Positions 9,029-19,980 of a stretch of DNA of 64,000 nt are shown piece after piece. Below the pieces are notes generated by a model. That model did no database searches. It worked only from the letters and a program-made list of their open reading frames with translations, and was not told the DNA's origin. The DNA is from Pseudomonadota bacterium (lineage in GTDB: Bacteria; Pseudomonadota; Gammaproteobacteria; Arenicellales; Poriferihabitantaceae), in NCBI GenBank assembly GCA_039029455.1, contig JBCCGE010000004.1:1170-65169 (forward strand), given 5' to 3'. A program made the position numbers and the translations under genes. Position 1 is the stretch's first letter. Every line of letters starts with the position of its first letter.

Positions 9029-10090
9029 GTGGCGGGCAACAGTTTTGGCGACATGTTTCGCGTAACAACGTTTGGCGAAAGCCATGGCGCTGCGCTGGGA
9101 GCCGTGGTCGATGGTTGCCCACCCGGTTTGACACTATCGACGGACGATCTGCAAACCGATCTGGATCGTCGCAAGCCCGGCCAATCCAGATTCACCACAC
9201 AGCGTCGTGAAGATGACCGTGTAGAAATTCTGTCGGGCGTTTTCGAGGGCGTGACAACAGGAACCCCGATCGGCCTGATCGTCCACAATCAGGATCAGCG
9301 GTCAAGGGACTACAATAAAATCAAGGACCGATTCAGACCGGGGCATGCGGACTTCACGTATCAGGCCAAATACGGCCTCCGTGACTACCGCGGTGGTGGT
9401 CGGTCATCGGCGCGGGAAACAACGATGCGGGTCGCGGCGGGAGGCATCGCAAAAAAATACCTCAGCGAGAATTTTGGGGTCAGCGTACGTGCCTGTATCG
9501 ATCAGATTGGACCGAAGTTGATTGCGGTAAAAGACTGGTCGCAGGTCAATAAAAATCCATTTTTTGTTGCCGATGTGGACGCGATTGAAGAACTGGAGTC
9601 TTTGATTACGCAGACACGGCGGCAGGGCGACTCGGTCGGTGCCGGAGTGTATGCGGAGGCGTGCGGAGTACCAGCAGGCTGGGGTGAGCCCGTGTTTGAT
9701 CGACTCGATGCTGATCTCGCCAAAGCCATGTTATGCATCAATGCTGCAAAAGGTATAGAAATCGGTGAAGGCTTTCGCAGTATCGGACAACTTGGCTCAG
9801 AGCATCGGGATCTGATCTCTGAAACCGGATTTGAGAGCAATCACTCCGGGGGCATACTGGGCGGCATTTCCAGTGGTCAGGACATCAGGCTCAGGGTGGC
9901 ATTCAAACCGACATCGAGTATTCAGGTGCCCGGGAAAACGGTGGATCTCGAAAATCAGGAGGTTGATATTGTGACTACCGGGCGCCACGACCCCTGTGTT
10001 GGCATCCGAGCGGTGCCGATCGTCGAGGCCATGATCGCGCTGACTTTGATGGAACATGCGTTGCGAGACCGGGGGCAGATTGCGCGCTAG
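9029..10090 (+). CDS. aroC: chorismate synthase
   Basis: ORF 8954-10090. GTG at 9029 gives (M)[32 protein letters not shown], the canonical AroC N-terminus. [14 protein letters not shown] lies near the C-terminus. Confidence 0.95.
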   Translation: MAGNSFGDMFRVTTFGESHGAALGAVVDGCPPGLTLSTDDLQTDLDRRKPGQSRFTTQRREDDRVEILSGVFEGVTTGTPIGLIVHNQDQRSRDYNKIKDRFRPGHADFTYQAKYGLRDYRGGGRSSARETTMRVAAGGIAKKYLSENFGVSVRACIDQIGPKLIAVKDWSQVNKNPFFVADVDAIEELESLITQTRRQGDSVGAGVYAEACGVPAGWGEPVFDRLDADLAKAMLCINAAKGIEIGEGFRSIGQLGSEHRDLISETGFESNHSGGILGGISSGQDIRLRVAFKPTSSIQVPGKTVDLENQEVDIVTTGRHDPCVGIRAVPIVEAMIALTLMEHALRDRGQIAR

Positions 10091-10172
10091 CGGTCTGCCG
10101 CATGTGAAGTCAATCTGGTATGGGCGGTCAGTATGATATTATTAACAGCTTATTTTTAGCGTTTGCGGATTT

Positions 10173-11573
10173 ATGAGCGCTCAAACTCTTTATGACAAGC
10201 TCTGGGCTCAGCACGTCGTCACGAGTGAAGCCGATGGTACAGACCTGATCTATATCGATCGGCATCTGGTGCACGAGGTTACATCACCTCAGGCCTTCGA
10301 AGGACTGCATCTGGCAAAACGCCAGCCATGGCGTAAAGACACCATGCTCGCGGTCCCGGATCACAATGTACCCACGACAACGGACAGCGCAGAAATCGAT
10401 GACCCGGTTTCGCGCCTGCAGGTTGAGACTCTCGACCAGAATTGTCGGCACTTTGGCGTTACGGAATTCGGGATGGCAGATCCCAGGCAGGGTATTGTTC
10501 ACGTCATCGGCCCCGAACAGGGCGCCACTTTGCCCGGCATGACCATCGTCTGTGGCGATTCGCATACCTCCACCCATGGTGCTTTCGGTGCGCTCGCTTT
10601 CGGTATCGGTACGTCCGAAGTTGAGCATGTGATGGCAACACAATGTCTGATCCAGAAAAAATCCAGAAACATGCGTATCTGGTTCGAAGGTGATATGGCT
10701 CCCGGTATCACGGCCAAAGACCTTGTTCTGGCGCTGATTGGTCGCATTGGTACAGCTGGAGGAACCGGCTACGCGATGGAGTTCGCGGGTCCTGCCATTG
10801 AAGCGCTTTCGATTGAGGGTCGCATGACAATGTGTAATATGGCAATCGAAGCCGGTGCGCGTGCCGGAATGATTGCGGTGGATCAAATCACCATCGATTA
10901 CATGCAGGGGCGCCCCTATGCACCTGCCGGAGGCGAATGGGAAATGGCAGTTGCGGCCTGGCAGGATTTGCATACCGATGAGGGCGCCCATTTCGATGAA
11001 GAAATTACAATTGACGTATCGATATTGTCCCCTCAGATTACATGGGGCACCTCGCCTGAAATGGTGACTGACATCGATGGGTGGGTGCCGGACCCCGCAG
11101 AGATGGAAGACCCGGTGAAGAAGGAGGGAACTGAACGAGCGCTTGAATACATGGGTCTCGAGGCCAATACGCCGATGACGAATATCATGCTTGACAAGGT
11201 GTTTATAGGCTCCTGCACAAACAGCCGGATCGAGGATTTGCGCGCGGCTGCGGCGGTCGCTAAAGGTAAAAAAGTTGCCGACAATATAAAACTCGCACTC
11301 TTTGTCCCGGGTTCGGGGCTGGTGAAACGACAGGCTGAATCAGAGGGCTTGCATCAGGTCTTCATTGATGCAGGATTTGAATGGCGAAATCCCGGCTGTT
11401 CCATGTGTCTGGCGATGAATGCCGATCGTCTGGCTGCCGGCGAGCGCTGCGCATCGACCTCAAATCGAAATTTCGAAGGTCGTCAGGGGCAGGGCGGTCG
11501 CACCCATCTGGTTTCTCCTGCCATGGCTGCTGCGGCGGCGTGCGCGGGGCATTTTACAGACATTCGAGGGTAG
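10173..11573 (+). CDS. leuC: 3-isopropylmalate dehydratase large subunit
   Basis: 466 aa. [53 protein letters not shown] and the aconitase-type Cys ligands ([19 protein letters not shown]). Confidence 0.97.
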   Translation: MSAQTLYDKLWAQHVVTSEADGTDLIYIDRHLVHEVTSPQAFEGLHLAKRQPWRKDTMLAVPDHNVPTTTDSAEIDDPVSRLQVETLDQNCRHFGVTEFGMADPRQGIVHVIGPEQGATLPGMTIVCGDSHTSTHGAFGALAFGIGTSEVEHVMATQCLIQKKSRNMRIWFEGDMAPGITAKDLVLALIGRIGTAGGTGYAMEFAGPAIEALSIEGRMTMCNMAIEAGARAGMIAVDQITIDYMQGRPYAPAGGEWEMAVAAWQDLHTDEGAHFDEEITIDVSILSPQITWGTSPEMVTDIDGWVPDPAEMEDPVKKEGTERALEYMGLEANTPMTNIMLDKVFIGSCTNSRIEDLRAAAAVAKGKKVADNIKLALFVPGSGLVKRQAESEGLHQVFIDAGFEWRNPGCSMCLAMNADRLAAGERCASTSNRNFEGRQGQGGRTHLVSPAMAAAAACAGHFTDIRG

Positions 11574-11577
11574 CACA

Positions 11578-12219
11578 GTGCGGGCTTTTACTCTGCTGGA
11601 TGGTCTGGTGGTGCCGCTGGATCGCGCAAACGTAGACACCGATGCGATCATTCCGAAACAGTTCCTGAAATCCGTCAAAAAGTCCGGCTTCGGCCCTAAT
11701 CTTTTTGATGAATGGCGGTATCTCGATCACGGTGAGCCCGGTAAATCAAATGAGGGTCGGCCCCTCAACGAAGATTTCGTGTTGAATCTGGATCGATTTC
11801 AGGGTGCCGAGATCCTGCTCGCGCGCGAGAATTTCGGCTGTGGCTCGTCTCGGGAACACGCTCCGTGGGCACTTCTGGACTATGGATTCAGATGTATTTT
11901 GGCGCCGAGCTTTGCCGACATTTTCTATAACAATTGCTTCAAAAATGGTATATTACCTATTGTTTTAGATGAGAAAGTCATCGACAACCTGTTCCAGAAG
12001 GTAGAACAAAAACCGGGTTTTCGATTGGTTGTTGATCTCGAAAGTCAGAATATCACGTTGCCGGATGGCGACACTCTGGCATTCGAGGTTGAGCCATTCC
12101 GGCGGCACTGTCTCCTGAACGGTCTCGATGACATTGGGCTGACACTTGAAAAGTCCGATCTGATAAGACAGTACGAGCAGAGAAGGAAAGCTGAGGCGCC
12201 CTGGTTGTTTCGCGTGTAA
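11578..12219 (+). CDS. leuD: 3-isopropylmalate dehydratase small subunit
   Basis: GTG at 11578, 4 nt after the leuC stop. (M)[30 protein letters not shown] and [13 protein letters not shown]. The longer ORF from 11419 overlaps leuC. Confidence 0.95.
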   Translation: MRAFTLLDGLVVPLDRANVDTDAIIPKQFLKSVKKSGFGPNLFDEWRYLDHGEPGKSNEGRPLNEDFVLNLDRFQGAEILLARENFGCGSSREHAPWALLDYGFRCILAPSFADIFYNNCFKNGILPIVLDEKVIDNLFQKVEQKPGFRLVVDLESQNITLPDGDTLAFEVEPFRRHCLLNGLDDIGLTLEKSDLIRQYEQRRKAEAPWLFRV

Positions 12220-12479
12220 CCGCCCGACAATCAAACATTCCTGCATTGGGGGAAGGCTGTTGGGCGAATCGGGTTCTCGGGTTTTTGGAAACTCAGTGTT
12301 TTCAGGCCTGAACTTATGATACGTCCTCCGGGACCGGTCCTCACGCTTTATCTTTTAATCTGCAGAGCCAACGCTAGTTATATGGGGGATGTTCCCATCT
12401 GAATAAGGCAGTCGGTCGCCGGCAGTGTGAGAGGACTGAGCGCGATCGACACGCCTGAATCGCAGGGTAGACAACTATT

Positions 12480-15461
12480 ATGATAACAATCTTGAATAAC
12501 GTACGCTCGATGGTTGAACCGCAACCGCTTTTCAGGGCCGGACGCCGTCTTGACTCCGTTAACCCTGGGGGCCGTGTGTTTGCAGCCCTACTTCTGGTCG
12601 GGAGCCTGATCATTCCGCACAGTGCCTTTGCCGTCAGTCTTGGCACGTTGTCCGTTAATTCTCAGCTTGGACAGCCGCTTGATCTGGAAGTCGAGCTTAA
12701 CTCGGTAGACGATGGTGAACTGGCAACAATGACGGTAGGGCTGGCCAGCCGATCCGATTTTGCCAGAGCCGGGGTTCCCTATCCCCAGTCTGCGGCATTT
12801 CTGAAATTCGATATTATTCCGGGCACGTCTGGCGATTATTTTGTCTCGATCAGCTCGGACAACCCGATAAATGACACCTTTTTGCACATTCTGCTTTCGG
12901 CCCAGTGGGCGGGCGGTAAGGTGGTCAGAGAATACACCGCTTTGCTCGATCCACCGCTCTACAGCGGCGATTCAGCAGCAACGGTCAACGTTCCAACCAC
13001 CGATAGCCCGAGCGAACAGGTGGCCTCAGAAGCAATCGGTGTTGAACCGGTCGACGACAGTCAGGAGGAACCCGCAGGCACCACTGGGGGACCCGAGGGG
13101 ACGGTTACGGTGCAGCGCGGCGACACACTTTCGTCGATTGTGTCGGGACTCAACAGGCCTTCGAGTGTCACCATGTTTCAGGGTCTGACTGCGATTCAGA
13201 ACGCCAATCCCGATGCATTTATAAATGGCAACATGAATCGACTGCGCGAAGGTGCGGTTTTACAGATCCCCTCTTTCGACGATATGGCTGCGCTGGGTCA
13301 GGCTCAGGCGACCCGTAATTTTGCGAGTCAACTGAACGAATACAATGATTTTCTGGCGAGAATCGGTGCGCTGGAACCCCCTGTAGTTGATGAAGCCGAA
13401 GAACCCGAGCAGGTTGAGCCTCTGGTGAGCGAGGATGTCGAGCCTCTGACGGCCGTTGAGGAAGAAGATATTGCCGCCGTCGAAGTCCCGGAAATTCCTC
13501 TGACTGATCTGTCAGAACTTGAAGAAGAAGGCGTTGAAGACGACGAGGCCCGATTAAGCATCGGACAGGAAACAGCTGAAGCACTCGACGGTATCGGTAT
13601 TGATGATGTCAGTACCGAGCAGGTCGACGCGCTGCGAGATCAACTGGCAGAGCTCGATGCCTCATTACTCGCATCGGGTGTTGAAAGCGATGAGGTCAAA
13701 TCAAGACTTGAGGCTATCCAGGCACAGGTTGAACGCGTATCCAGATTGCTCGATGTAGAAGATACCGGTCTCGCGTTAACTCAGGATGTTCTCTCAGAGA
13801 CTGAGGACGATTTAATTGGATCTGACGATTCCGAAACCCCTGCAATTGAGGCGGGTGGCGAGTCTGAGCTTGTATCCACTGAAGCGGAAGTGGAAGCGGT
13901 TACAGATGAAGAGATTGTTGCTGCGGACGATGAGTTGACGAGCAGTGAAACGTCTGCAACGGAAACTGAAACTGACGGGTCGGCAGCTGCTGAAGTTGCT
14001 GCAGTTGAAAATGCTGCGGATGACGTCGAATCAGAAGAAACGGTGGAGGATGACACTCCAACACGTCAGGTTGTATCCGGATCCGGAATTCTTGATTCAG
14101 CGAAGGACATTCTGGGTGGCGCAACCGGGTTTTTAAGCAACAGCCTTGGATCGGTTGGCGGTGTGCTGTCATCAGTGTCTGACTATGCGCTCAAAGTTGC
14201 GGCCGGCCTGATTGCCCTGCTCGCAGGACTGTTTATTTATCGTCGCCGAAAATCGCGCCGAGAGTTTGAAGAAAGCATGCTCGACATCGAAAGCGAGCAG
14301 GTCACCGCAAATTCCGATCTGTCAGGCGCGTCACTGCAGCGGCTCAGTAAGTCGTCCGGAGTTGACCTGGCAAGTAGCGACAGTGCGCTCGAGCTGACCA
14401 TCGGTGGTGGCATGTCTTTTCTCAGTGAAGAAGGTGTCACCGGTGTTGCAGAAGAAGAAAACGAGGTGATACAGGCTGGAGTCGTCGACCCGCTTGCTGA
14501 GGCGGATGTGTATCTGGCCTATGACCGCGATGAGCAGGCGATTCAGGTACTGAAAGAGGCGTATGACAGTCATCCTGAGCGGGAAGAGCTTGCAGAAAAG
14601 CTTTTGGAGATTTATCACAAGCAGGATGATCGACGGGCTTTTGATGCGCTGGCGTCAGAACTGAGAAGTCGTATGGGTGCATCGCCTTCTTCCAGCTGGC
14701 ATAAAGTAATGGACATGGGGCGTGAAATCAGCCCCGAAAACCCGATTTATCAGTCCGAGTCGGACACTGTCTCGTTCGATATGCCAGACATGCTGGAGCT
14801 GGACACCCCGGCCGAAGAGAATCCGCTTGTGGCCGACGAGAAACCTGAGGTCGGGCTCGCCGATGAGGGTATTTCTATTGAAGATTTCGATCTTGGTGAT
14901 TCGGAGTCCAACGATACGGTCATCCGGGATCTGGACGAAGGTGATTTTGAAATGCCCGAAATCGAGGACGCCAAACCCGATCCGGTTGATGCCCCGACAT
15001 TGAGCCAGATCATCCAGGCTGCCGAAGAGCGCGATCGACCTGTCGAGGAGGCATTGATTGCCAGTGTCGCTGCGGATGAGACGGAAACCGAAGATGAGGA
15101 GCTGGCGCTGCAGGATCTGGAGCTGAATCTTGGTGAAGATGAACTTGATCTTGAGATCAAGCCGGAAACAACCAAAGAAAAAGACTCACTGCAGTCCATT
15201 ACCGGTGAAATCGGTGATGCAGTGGATATGACCGACATTGACGCGCTTGACGAAGACTCATATCTCTCGGAGGCCAGCGAGCAATCCATCGGAAAACTTG
15301 AGCCTTATCATGAATCCGAGACTGCACTGGAATTAGCCAAGGCATACATCGAGCTTGGTGAGAAAGATATTGCCAAAGGCTTCATTGAGGAAGTCATCAA
15401 TGAAGGCAGTGATAAACAAAAAGAGAAGGCCGAGCAGCTGGTTAAAAGCCTGATCGACTGA
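12480..15461 (+). CDS. fimV: FimV/HubP-family polar landmark protein
   Basis: Signal/anchor segment, then FimV N-domain (LGTLSVNSQLGQPLDLEVEL), LysM (VTVQRGDTLSSIVSGL) and a very long D/E-rich region. One TM (LKVAAGLIALLAGLFIYRRRK). C-terminal FimV-type TPR motif (ALELAKAYIELGEKDIAKGFIEEVI). The start could be the downstream ATG at 12510. Confidence 0.85.
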   Translation: MITILNNVRSMVEPQPLFRAGRRLDSVNPGGRVFAALLLVGSLIIPHSAFAVSLGTLSVNSQLGQPLDLEVELNSVDDGELATMTVGLASRSDFARAGVPYPQSAAFLKFDIIPGTSGDYFVSISSDNPINDTFLHILLSAQWAGGKVVREYTALLDPPLYSGDSAATVNVPTTDSPSEQVASEAIGVEPVDDSQEEPAGTTGGPEGTVTVQRGDTLSSIVSGLNRPSSVTMFQGLTAIQNANPDAFINGNMNRLREGAVLQIPSFDDMAALGQAQATRNFASQLNEYNDFLARIGALEPPVVDEAEEPEQVEPLVSEDVEPLTAVEEEDIAAVEVPEIPLTDLSELEEEGVEDDEARLSIGQETAEALDGIGIDDVSTEQVDALRDQLAELDASLLASGVESDEVKSRLEAIQAQVERVSRLLDVEDTGLALTQDVLSETEDDLIGSDDSETPAIEAGGESELVSTEAEVEAVTDEEIVAADDELTSSETSATETETDGSAAAEVAAVENAADDVESEETVEDDTPTRQVVSGSGILDSAKDILGGATGFLSNSLGSVGGVLSSVSDYALKVAAGLIALLAGLFIYRRRKSRREFEESMLDIESEQVTANSDLSGASLQRLSKSSGVDLASSDSALELTIGGGMSFLSEEGVTGVAEEENEVIQAGVVDPLAEADVYLAYDRDEQAIQVLKEAYDSHPEREELAEKLLEIYHKQDDRRAFDALASELRSRMGASPSSSWHKVMDMGREISPENPIYQSESDTVSFDMPDMLELDTPAEENPLVADEKPEVGLADEGISIEDFDLGDSESNDTVIRDLDEGDFEMPEIEDAKPDPVDAPTLSQIIQAAEERDRPVEEALIASVAADETETEDEELALQDLELNLGEDELDLEIKPETTKEKDSLQSITGEIGDAVDMTDIDALDEDSYLSEASEQSIGKLEPYHESETALELAKAYIELGEKDIAKGFIEEVINEGSDKQKEKAEQLVKSLID

Positions 15462-15480
15462 AGATTTCACCAGACTCATA

Positions 15481-15514
15481 AAAAAGCCGGGAGCATTGCT
15501 TCCGGCTTTTTTTG
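15481..15514. terminator. bidirectional rho-independent terminator between convergent fimV and trpA
   Basis: AAAAAGCCGGgagcattgcttCCGGCTTTTTTT: a GC stem flanked by an A-tract and a T-tract. It lies 20 nt after the fimV stop and 28 nt after the trpA stop. Confidence 0.8.
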
Positions 15515-15541
15515 TGATTTGGCGTACGTGAACGAAATCAG

Positions 15542-16360
15542 CTACCGGGTTCCGGCCGCCAGTTCTTCCGTGAACGACAGAACAGCATGCACTATTGAGT
15601 CGGGGGCTGCTTTATTGTCGACGCCTTCCGCTATTTTATTGACGATCGCCGAGCCGACGACGACAGCATCTGCAGCTTTGGCGGTTTCTTTCACCTGCTC
15701 AACGGTCTTTATACCGAAACCGACCGCTACGGGTAAATCGGTGTGTTGTTTGATTCGATTTACAGCTTCGGCGACGTCGCTCTGAAGTGCTGATTTGGTT
15801 CCGGTGATTCCGGCAATTGAGACATAGTAAACGAAGCCTGAACTGCGTTTCAGTACCACCTTGAGACGGTTTGCATCTGTGGTTGGCGTGGTCAACCGAA
15901 TCCAATTAATGCCTGCGGTCAGACATGGATGACACAACTCGTCGTCTTCCTCGGGGGGCAGGTCAACGATGATCAGTCCGTCTACACCCGCATCAATTGC
16001 ATTTTGCAGAAAGTCCTGAACACCGAAACGATGAATCGGGTTGTAGTAGCCCATCAGAACAATTGGCGTCTCATCGTCATTCTGACGGAATGAGCGAACC
16101 ATATCGAGGGTTTTTCTCAGAGTGGCGCCGTTATCAAGCGCACGAATGTTTGCTGCCTGAATCGCCGGACCATCGGCCATGGGGTCAGAAAAGGGCATCC
16201 CAAGTTCGATGATATCCACACCTGCGGCAGGCAGCCCTTGCAGTATCCTGGACGAGGTCTCGAGATCTGGGTCACCAGCTGTAATGAACGTTACAAATGC
16301 CGAGTGTCCGGATGCTTTTAGCTTTTCGAAGCGAGTCTGCAGTCGCTGGGACAGGCTCAT
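15542..16360 (-). CDS. trpA: tryptophan synthase alpha chain
   Basis: ATG at 16360 ([32 protein letters not shown]) overlaps the trpB stop (ATGA). [17 protein letters not shown] motif. The longer ORF to 16528 overlaps trpB. Confidence 0.95.
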   Translation of the reverse strand: MSLSQRLQTRFEKLKASGHSAFVTFITAGDPDLETSSRILQGLPAAGVDIIELGMPFSDPMADGPAIQAANIRALDNGATLRKTLDMVRSFRQNDDETPIVLMGYYNPIHRFGVQDFLQNAIDAGVDGLIIVDLPPEEDDELCHPCLTAGINWIRLTTPTTDANRLKVVLKRSSGFVYYVSIAGITGTKSALQSDVAEAVNRIKQHTDLPVAVGFGIKTVEQVKETAKAADAVVVGSAIVNKIAEGVDNKAAPDSIVHAVLSFTEELAAGTR

Positions 16361-17577
16361 ATTTTTACACCCAGAGCGTCCGCGACAGTGAAAACATCTT
16401 TGTCGCCACGGCCGCATAAATTCATCACGATGATCTGATCGGAGCGCATTCGGGGCGCTTGTTCGATAACGTAGGCAAGCGCGTGGGACGGCTCGAGTGC
16501 CGGGATTATGCCCTCTGCACGACAGCATCGCTGAAAAGCCTCCAGTGCTTTGGAGTCAGTGACGGAAACATATTCCACACGTCCGCTTTCGTGCAACCAC
16601 GAGTGCTCAGGACCAATTCCCGGGTAGTCCAGACCCGCGGATATTGAGTGAGCATCTGTAATTTGACCGTCTTCATCTTGAAGCAGGAACGTTCGGTTTC
16701 CGTGAAGCACACCCGGTTGACCACCGGTTAGAGAGGCTGCATGTTCTCCGCTCTCAATACCGTGTCCGGCGGCTTCGACCCCGACAATTCGGACTTCAGG
16801 GTCGTCAAGAAAAGGATGGAACAGGCCGATGGCATTGGACCCTCCACCAATTGAGGCCACCAGAAGGTCCGGCAGCTTGCCTTCCCGCTCATGCAGCTGC
16901 TCGCGTGCTTCATTGCCGATTACGGTCTGGAAATCCCGAACCATTTCAGGATAGGGATGGGGCCCGGCCGCCGTCCCAATGATGTAAAACGTGTCTTCGA
17001 CATTGGCCACCCAATCTCTTAGTGCGTCGTTCATCGCATCTTTTAATGTAGCGGTACCGCTGGTCACCGGAACAATTTCAGCACCCAGCAGTTTCATTCT
17101 GAATACGTTGGGGGCCTGGCGTTCAATATCTGTAGCGCCCATGTAGACAACGCAGGGCAGATCGAACAGCGCGCATACTGTGGCCGTTGCGACGCCGTGC
17201 TGGCCCGCACCTGTTTCAGCAATAATGCGTCTTTTCCCCATACGTTTGGCCAACAGAATCTGCCCAAGCGTGTTGTTGATTTTGTGGGCGCCGGTGTGAT
17301 TCAGTTCGTCACGTTTAAAGTAGATCTTCGCGCCGCCAAGCTCTGCGGTCAAACGTTCGGCGAAGTACATCGGGCTCGGACGACCTACGTAGTCGCGCGA
17401 ATAGTATTCGATTTCAGTCCTGAATTCCGGGTCGTTGCGATAACGATTGTATGCCTCTTCAACTTCAAGAATCAGGGGCATTAGCGTCTCTGCAACAAAA
17501 CGTCCACCGAAAATTCCAAAATGTCCGTTGGCGTCGGGACCTGCGCGAAATGATTCAGGTGTGGCTGCCTCGCTCAT
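16357..17577 (-). CDS. trpB: tryptophan synthase beta chain
   Basis: 406 aa. [16 protein letters not shown], the PLP lysine region [11 protein letters not shown] and GGGSNAIG. Confidence 0.97.
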   Translation of the reverse strand: MSEAATPESFRAGPDANGHFGIFGGRFVAETLMPLILEVEEAYNRYRNDPEFRTEIEYYSRDYVGRPSPMYFAERLTAELGGAKIYFKRDELNHTGAHKINNTLGQILLAKRMGKRRIIAETGAGQHGVATATVCALFDLPCVVYMGATDIERQAPNVFRMKLLGAEIVPVTSGTATLKDAMNDALRDWVANVEDTFYIIGTAAGPHPYPEMVRDFQTVIGNEAREQLHEREGKLPDLLVASIGGGSNAIGLFHPFLDDPEVRIVGVEAAGHGIESGEHAASLTGGQPGVLHGNRTFLLQDEDGQITDAHSISAGLDYPGIGPEHSWLHESGRVEYVSVTDSKALEAFQRCCRAEGIIPALEPSHALAYVIEQAPRMRSDQIIVMNLCGRGDKDVFTVADALGVKI

Positions 17578-17831
17578 TCAAATATGCTGTGTGTGGGTGG
17601 ACGGTGATTATACCGATTGACATTGGCTGATCCAGCGAATTACCATCGAAACGCGCCGATTTGATAATCAGCTTGCGGGCGCGTAAAAAGTTCGGCTAAA
17701 GAGGTTTGTTGGAGCGTTCCGCATTCGAACAATACGGTGTCTCGTTATCACTGCCTGCTAACAGCAAAAGCTGACAGCGGGTTTTTTTACGCCCACTTAA
17801 ATCGACTGATTTTAATTATTGGGTTATTGAT

Positions 17832-19010
17832 ATGGCATTTTCACTGGACACTCTCTCCCAGAGAACTCAATTGATTCGCACCGGTTGTGAGCCGGGTCCG
17901 GAGCGCGAACATAACGAGGCAATATTTGTGACCTCAAGCTTTGTGTTTGATTCGGCGCAACACGCTGCACAAATGTTTAACGGCGAGGAGCAGGGAAATG
18001 TCTATTCCCGGTTTACTAATCCAACGGTCAGGAACTTTGAACGGCGACTGGCCAGGATGGAAGGCGGCGCCTACGGGATTGCGTTTGCATCGGGCATGTC
18101 GGCGATTTCGACAGTGTTCATGTCAATCCTCAAGACTGGTGACCATGTGGTCGCGTCTTCCAGTCTTTTTGGTGCTACTCTGAATATTTTCACCAGAGTC
18201 TTCAGCCGCTTCGGTATCGACGTCACCTTTGTAGACCTTGCTGATTCGGAAGCCTGGAGAACGGCTGTAAGACCGACGACTCGGATGCTTTACCTGGAGA
18301 CGCCCTCAAATCCGCTGTGTGCGCTTGCGGATATTGCGAGTATTGCAACTATTGCGCGCTCCGCTGATGCCCTGTTAGTTGTCGACAACGCATTTTGCAC
18401 TCCGGTTTTGCAAAAACCCCTGGTTCTGGGCGCCGATATAGTGGTGCATTCAGCGACCAAGTATCTGGACGGGCAGGGCCGTTGTGTGGGCGGTGCGGCC
18501 GTTACGAATAAGAAGGAACTGCATGAAGCGCTGTTTTCCTGTCTTCGGTCAACGGGCGCCTGCATGTCTCCTTTCAACGCCTGGGTGTTCAGTAACGGAC
18601 TTGAAACTCTTGAACTGCGCATGCACCAACATTGTAAAAACGCACAAAAGCTTGCTGAAGCACTGCAAGCCCATCCGGGGATTCAGCGAGTGCACTATCC
18701 CGGACTTCCGAGTCATCCGCAGTATATACTGGCCGATCGCAGTCTGAATGGTTTTGGAGGAATCGTATCGTTCGAGATGGCGGGAGGTCGGGACGCAGCC
18801 TGGAGCGTGATTGATAACACCCGATTCCTCTCGATCACGGCAAATCTCGGCGACACCAAGTCGACGATTACCCATCCGGCGACCACTACTCACGGTCGCA
18901 ACACACAGCAAGAGCGAGATTCTGCCGGAATATCGGAGGGTCTGATTCGTGTTTCCGTAGGACTGGAGTCCTGGGATGATATCCTGCAGGATATTGTTTG
19001 GAGTCTCTAG
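17832..19010 (+). CDS. metZ: O-succinylhomoserine sulfhydrylase (Cys/Met-metabolism PLP family)
   Basis: 392 aa. NVYSRFTNPTVRNFERRLARMEGG, SGMSAI and HSATKYLDGQGR (PLP lysine). The overall pattern closely resembles Pseudomonas-type MetZ. Confidence 0.85.
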   Translation: MAFSLDTLSQRTQLIRTGCEPGPEREHNEAIFVTSSFVFDSAQHAAQMFNGEEQGNVYSRFTNPTVRNFERRLARMEGGAYGIAFASGMSAISTVFMSILKTGDHVVASSSLFGATLNIFTRVFSRFGIDVTFVDLADSEAWRTAVRPTTRMLYLETPSNPLCALADIASIATIARSADALLVVDNAFCTPVLQKPLVLGADIVVHSATKYLDGQGRCVGGAAVTNKKELHEALFSCLRSTGACMSPFNAWVFSNGLETLELRMHQHCKNAQKLAEALQAHPGIQRVHYPGLPSHPQYILADRSLNGFGGIVSFEMAGGRDAAWSVIDNTRFLSITANLGDTKSTITHPATTTHGRNTQQERDSAGISEGLIRVSVGLESWDDILQDIVWSL

Positions 19011-19118
19011 TTTTTTAACGGTTTTTCGAATTTAACCGGGTTGAGTTAAAATACATCTAGCTGCACGCGCTGCCATTCAGGTGCCGTGTGACGATCAACA
19101 AAGATTAAGGGTACACCG

Positions 19119-19790
19119 ATGTCAAAGTCAGATAAAAATCATCATTCCTCTGCGAGTCGCAAGCGACGAAAACTCCTCCTCGGACTCAGTGGGGTTGCCG
19201 GTGCCAGTCAGTTGGACAATCAGTGGACGAAACCAATTGTCGAACATATTTCCCTGCCCGCGCATGCGACAACTACGAATGACGGCGGTGCCGGGTCTGA
19301 CGGTACTGACGGTTCGTTCAATTACTCAGGTGCGCCGCCGAGAGTATCGGTGAGTCGTTTCAGTGACGATGAAACCATGATCGTGAGTCTGACAGGCTTA
19401 CTGTTATCCGATGTGCATGCGGGGAACCCACCGTCAACGACGACTGTTGGGCCTGAACCGACTCCGATGCCGGAACCTACCGCTCCTCCGAGGCCCGAAG
19501 CAACCTGGAACGTTGCGGTGACTGGAAGTGAAGCCGTGGTGACCCGGTTGTCGCGCCGGCGATCAAAACTTCGGACCGCGCGCGTCACCATTGGCGGACC
19601 CTCTGTGCCATTTCCGGTCGTAGATGAATGTGGCAACGATATCAATCCTGTGGTGTCTGTAAGCGCCGTTGCACACACGCCGGGGACCAGTATAGTGATG
19701 AGGGTTGATGATGCCCAAAACGGCTCGTCGGTCGCAACGGTACCGCTGGGACCTGTGCTGGTATTAACTATCGATTGTGCCGGTTTCTGA
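19119..19790 (+). CDS. hypothetical secreted protein with twin-arginine-like signal
   Basis: 223 aa. N-terminus SRKRRKLLLGLSGVAGASQL (RR followed by an h-region and an AxA-like site), a Pro/Thr linker (PPSTTTVGPEPTPMPEPTAPPRPE) and two Cys in the C-terminal half. I recognise no family. Confidence 0.5.
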   Translation: MSKSDKNHHSSASRKRRKLLLGLSGVAGASQLDNQWTKPIVEHISLPAHATTTNDGGAGSDGTDGSFNYSGAPPRVSVSRFSDDETMIVSLTGLLLSDVHAGNPPSTTTVGPEPTPMPEPTAPPRPEATWNVAVTGSEAVVTRLSRRRSKLRTARVTIGGPSVPFPVVDECGNDINPVVSVSAVAHTPGTSIVMRVDDAQNGSSVATVPLGPVLVLTIDCAGF

Positions 19791-19980
19791 TCGCAAACTT
19801 TGCGTGTGCATTGAAAATGCCGACTGCAGGAAAAACAACGTCCGGAGCTGTAAATACCGAGAGAACCTCAGCATAAGCCTGAGTCAAACACCTTGAGTAT
19901 TAAAAATTCTATTGCGAGTTTTGCCGGGTGCTTTTGATCTCGAATTGTTCATGCATGAGTCTTTCAGAGGTTCCTTGAGT

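Noticed and set aside
10284-10991. 235-aa ORF antisense to leuC
   Set aside because: It lies entirely inside the well-supported leuC gene on the opposite strand. It has no recognisable motifs and is rich in Arg/His/Cys, as is typical of antisense frames.
12220-12479. Possible missing gene or leader in the 260-nt leuD-fimV spacer, including the 90-aa minus ORF 12374-12646
   Set aside because: Only short or compositionally implausible ORFs are present, with no clear hairpin or terminator. The minus ORF overlaps the fimV start region.
13781-15289. Ser-rich antisense ORFs (13781-14056 and 14750-15289) inside fimV
   Set aside because: They are the mirror image of the GAA/GAT/GAC-rich acidic region of fimV, whose reverse complement gives TTC/ATC/GTC and Ser-rich frames. 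This is a compositional artefact.
17651-17710. SAM-II-like riboswitch call upstream of metZ
   Set aside because: It is not called as a feature. Only loose resemblance exists (CGAUUU, GCUUG and an A-rich tail). The AAAGCU core is not contiguous and the element is about 150 nt from the metZ RBS. It is kept only as a low-interest hypothesis.
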